This document shows positions 59,620 to 64,000 of a stretch of DNA of 64,000 bases, one piece after another. This DNA comes from Eledone cirrhosa. Its lineage: Eukaryota. The notes below the pieces were generated by a model. It saw only the letters and a list, made by a program, of their open reading frames with translations. It did not search any database and was not told the origin of the DNA. The stretch's first letter is position 1. Each line of letters opens with the position of its first letter. The DNA lies in assembly GCA_964016885.1 (NCBI GenBank), contig OZ024742.1:134726001-134790000 (forward strand), given 5' to 3'. The position numbers were made by a program, and so were the translations under genes.

Positions 59620-62503
59620 TTGTTAATAATGTTAATCATATTTTTGAAAAGAGTGAGTGTATTCATCTCTTCCTGCCCTAGTATGAAGCAATCATCTAGG
59701 TATCTCTTCCAATTACTTTTGAGATGTGTAAGGAAAGAGTCTCCGAATAAAAGAATAGATTGCTTGTAGATTTGTTGTTCGTGGAATCCCATGACTAGGT
59801 TGGCGTATGTTGGGGCTACCTTTGTGCCCTTCGATTTATCGGTATGTTGAGTCATTGAAAGTAAAGAAATTATTCTCTAAGATAAATCGGAGTCCCTCAA
59901 TAATGAAGTTTTTATTGATGCGTGTATGTATTTTAGGTTGGTGAGTGTCTAGCCAAAACTGGATTGCTGTTATTCTATAGATATGGGGTGTGTTAGTGTA
60001 GTGGTTTACTACGTCAAAGGAGAGAAGAATAGTGTTTTCACTTACTGTTTTGGGTAGGTGGTTCAGTATATCAAGGTCATCCCGTATGAAGCTCTGTATA
60101 TGTTTTAGTAAGAGCTTTAGTAGGATGTTCAGGAAATTGCTAAGTCTGTCGGTTTCACATGCAGGGCCTGCTATAAATGGTCTGAGTGTTAAGTCTTCTG
60201 CTGGTGTTATTTGTATGTATTTGTTAGTCGAAGTGTCGCAAGCATTGCTCATGAGTTTGCATTTATGTATCTTCGGTAATTTGAAATGGCTTATGTATTC
60301 AAATTGTTTTCTTGTTCGGCTACTGCGATATTTGTGTAGTAATGCTAGGATATTCTCCATTGTTTTAGTTTGTTTGTAGTTTACTGTTTTTTCGTAGTCT
60401 AAGATTTTGAGTGCCAGGTCTCTATAGTAGTCAGTGTCCATAATGACCATTATTGGTTTCTTTGGTGGTTATTTCAGTGTTGTTTTGCAGTGTGAAAAAT
60501 TATTTCCAATAGTATTTGGAGAGGTTCGATTTCGTGTGTTTATTTGTAATTTGTTCATAGGGAAATTTGATGGTGCGTTTGCAGTAGGTGTCCGGTGTTG
60601 TATTCCTCCCTTTCTGTGGGCAGAAATCACATTTGTTTCTGACTATTGATTCGTCTTCAGTGTTGGTGTCACTGGAGAAGTATTCTATTAGTCTGAGTTT
60701 TCTGCAGAATTCCATGATGTCATCTTTCATTTCGGGGAAGTTAGATTTTTGTGGTGTGGGAGTAAATTTCAGTCCCTTACTTGATATGTTAATCTGTGTG
60801 TTAGTTAGTGATACCTTTGAAAGTTTAATTATCTTCGACTTCTCATGAGTCGGGGCCATCGGGTGTGCTGGTAGTTCATGTCTTGTTCCTAAAAAGGAAT
60901 GTTGTTTTGGTTGTAATTGTAGTCTGCTTGTCTGTTTTGTATAGGTCTGTAGTTTGTTTTTTTCATGAGAGTTAATGTGGTGATGGGAGTGGAGTCTGTT
61001 TTAGTTGTTATTGTGTAAGGGTTCTGTTATGGGTTCATGTGGTCTGGGTGGGTTTCTTCTGGAATGGATAGTGTTGATGTTGTGGGGGTTGTTTTTTTGT
61101 AGTGTTGGGGGTGATACATGTTGTAGTTTTTAATGTGGAAATATTTTGTTGGGATTTCATATGATCTTGTGGGTTTCTTCTGGAGTGTATGGTGTTTGTG
61201 TTGTGGGTTAGTTCTATGTTGTTTTGGGGTTAGTTTCTGTAGGAGATACTATTGTGGGTACCTATTTTGTGGTGGTTGGGTATGTTTCTTTTACTGTAGT
61301 TGGTTGTATTTGGTCTGTGTAGAGAGGGGTTTTGTCTGTGGCTGATGTGTTTTGGGGTTGGAAGTATGCATGTCACTGAGGGGGTCCTAGCTTTGTTTAA
61401 TTTCTTTGTAAAGGGGGTTATCTGTGTGATGCATTGCTTTGAAATTCTTCTTGGATATGCTCATTCTAAAAACAGATGGGAAAATAGAAACAGACATCTT
61501 TTATAAACCCACGGACTCCAAAAGGTACCTCCTATTCACATCAAATCAACCAAAACATACCAATGTTAACATTTAACGTATATGCATCATATTATCAGAC
61601 CCAGCTAAAGGGGAACATAGACCAAATGAACTCAAAACACACTTATTTTAAGAGCCTTCCCACTTGACATAATTAACAACGGAATAGACAAAGCAGAACA
61701 CGCACATTTTCATCAACCCAACAACCCCAAAGACAGAACCACAAACAATACCTTACCCTATGTATCCACATTCAACCCCAGAAACACAGAAATGTTCGAC
61801 CTCCTACACAAAACCTCCCCATTCTATTTAAAGATGAAAAGATTAAAACAATCCTAGAACCACACAAGATCATCAAAAGCAAAAGGCAACCAAAATTACT
61901 AAAACACATTCTAACTGAAACAAAGATACACAAACCTATCTCCAACCTTACGGTAACAAAATGCGGAAGAGCAAACTGTGTAACATGCCTATACTTACCT
62001 GAAGGACATAAATTCACGTTTAAAGATGGCCAAACGTTCACCGTGAAAAACAACTTCACTTGCAACTCGGAGAACCTGATCAATGCGGTGGCTGTCGACA
62101 TAACTACGGGTGTGTCATTACGCAAAAGAATGACCATCCATCGCCAACAAATCCGAGGCGTAAACACAAGGAACATTCCCTTGAATAAACATTGCAGATT
62201 GTGCAGGAATGAATCTACCCAACTTTAAAATCATATCTCTTTACAAGTGCGACGCAGCTTTCACTCAACAACAAAGAATAAATAAGGATAAACTATTCAT
62301 TAACAAATTTAAACCAAAACTAAATATGTAATCACCCCCATTAAATCCCACACAGGCCACAAAATAATGTTTAGTTCTTTACAATGTTCTGGATTTTTGG
62401 TAAAAAAATGTTAAAATTCCCATCACAAAGAGATCTGTGACAAACAGGCTGAAAAAAACACACAGACCCCCCCCCCCCCTACACACACATATATGTGGAT
62501 TAT

Positions 62504-62537
<34 letters not shown>

Positions 62538-63441
62538 CATACACACAAACACACACACGCACAACGAAATATGAGAGATAAAATTACTCATTGCAGAAGT
62601 TACTGCCCGTAATACCGATACTCTACTCTGCCTTTTTCTTAAAGAATATTTTCTAAATTTTTGAATTTATGGATTCTGAGAATCGTTTGGATTTTAGTTT
62701 TTCATTTTTGACAATTTTCTGAATTTTGAAGAAAACTTTTTCTTAATTTCCTCCCACAAAGGGAACCGTGACAGACAGGCTGAAAAAAAACCACACACAA
62801 ACACACACTAGACCCCCCCCCACCTCTACACACATACGTGTGTATTGCTAAGGGGACTGTGACAGACAGACTGAAAAAAATACACAGACACACACACACG
62901 TATATACACACACATTCTAATAATAGAATTTCTCCTACACTCATGCTGCTTCCACATAACTTACCTCTATCATACCAAATCCCCCATATCCTTTTGAAAT
63001 TGTAACCAGTCAATTAACACAATCAGATATATACACACACAGGCTGTGAAGAAACACAACTACTGGTATCTTCTATTACCACCAAATTTTGAGCAAGAAG
63101 GATGGAAGAAAATTTGCTCCAAACATTTGATTTTAATTTTTAAATCCTTAGTTTTTAACTCCTATTAATTATTTTAAATTTTTATTTCAATACTCAACAT
63201 TTGATAAGATGGATTTTAAAAATACATCTAAGCCGGTAATACTTCATATACTTTATATACCTTATACATTTAAAAAAAAAAAACGAATTGTCCCTCTCAT
63301 TTTTTCAATAATGTTATATTTTCAATAATGTGATATTGACGAATCAAATAAAGAAAAACAGACCCTTAAATATATTTTCCGGGTTATTTCCAACTGCACC
63401 TTTTCTCTATATCCACTGTTTTTTTTATAGAACCTTATTTC

Positions 63442-63490
<49 letters not shown>

Positions 63491-63536
63491 TATATATATA
63501 ATAAGAAGTGTGCTAGCAGCGGAATTGTATAATAGA

Positions 63537-63632
63537 TAATTGTTTCTACTTTTGGCACAAGGCCATCAATTACCCAGTGCATTACTTGTACTTTATTTTA
63601 TCGACCTCGGAAGGATGAATGTCAAAGTTAAT
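63537..63632 (-). mobile_element. SINE 3' half
   Basis: Core and 3' end on the minus strand. Confidence 0.82.
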
Positions 63633-64000
63633 CTAATATTTATTTAAATACAGTGTGTGTAACTGACTCTGCACCAATGTGCAGAAACGTACACACATAT
63701 CTAATATGTAGACATATATACATGGCATGGAATAGGCTTCTCCTTGTGAGTTTTAAAATATATTAAACATTTGAATCCATTTTCCGATCAAATTGGTACC
63801 TCGTCAGAAGACGTGTATATCATCCAAACACAACGAAACATTTATTTAGTGAGTATATAAACCCATTCCCTGATAGTATTGTTCAGAAAAGGACGTTCAA
63901 ATCCGTATATAATTAGCACTGCTGTGGGTATCTATTGAGATATAAAGCAAGAGGTGTGCTACCACCCGATGTGTATAATAACCTTATACCTGTATAATAC

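Noticed and set aside
63764-63815. Minus-strand CUGACGA..GAAA
   Set aside because: Stem II pairing is too weak to call.

Overview
AT-rich, microsatellite-saturated animal genomic DNA with no supportable host gene. The SINE family suggests a coleoid cephalopod such as Octopus (inference). Nearly all non-simple sequence is transposon-derived: about 9 tRNA-headed Nin/Deu-domain SINEs, two R4/Dong-type RLE LINEs ending in (TAA)n, a Tx1/L1-type LINE, RTE and CRE-like fragments, three coding Penelope-like (PLE) remnants and a non-autonomous Helitron that splits one PLE ORF. The main hidden signal is RNA structure. Folding by eye gives about 30 type I hammerhead ribozyme (HHR) motifs, intact or degenerate, from at least 11 sequence families. 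Three non-coding repeat units (310, 593 and 594 bp) each carry one HHR per unit and lie between (TA)n tracts. This is the layout expected of retrozymes (circRNA-producing, PLE-mobilised elements). The 593- and 594-bp units use the non-canonical U3-A8 core (UUGAUAA) with long stem II insertions. All ribozyme calls are manual folds, not computed or assayed.
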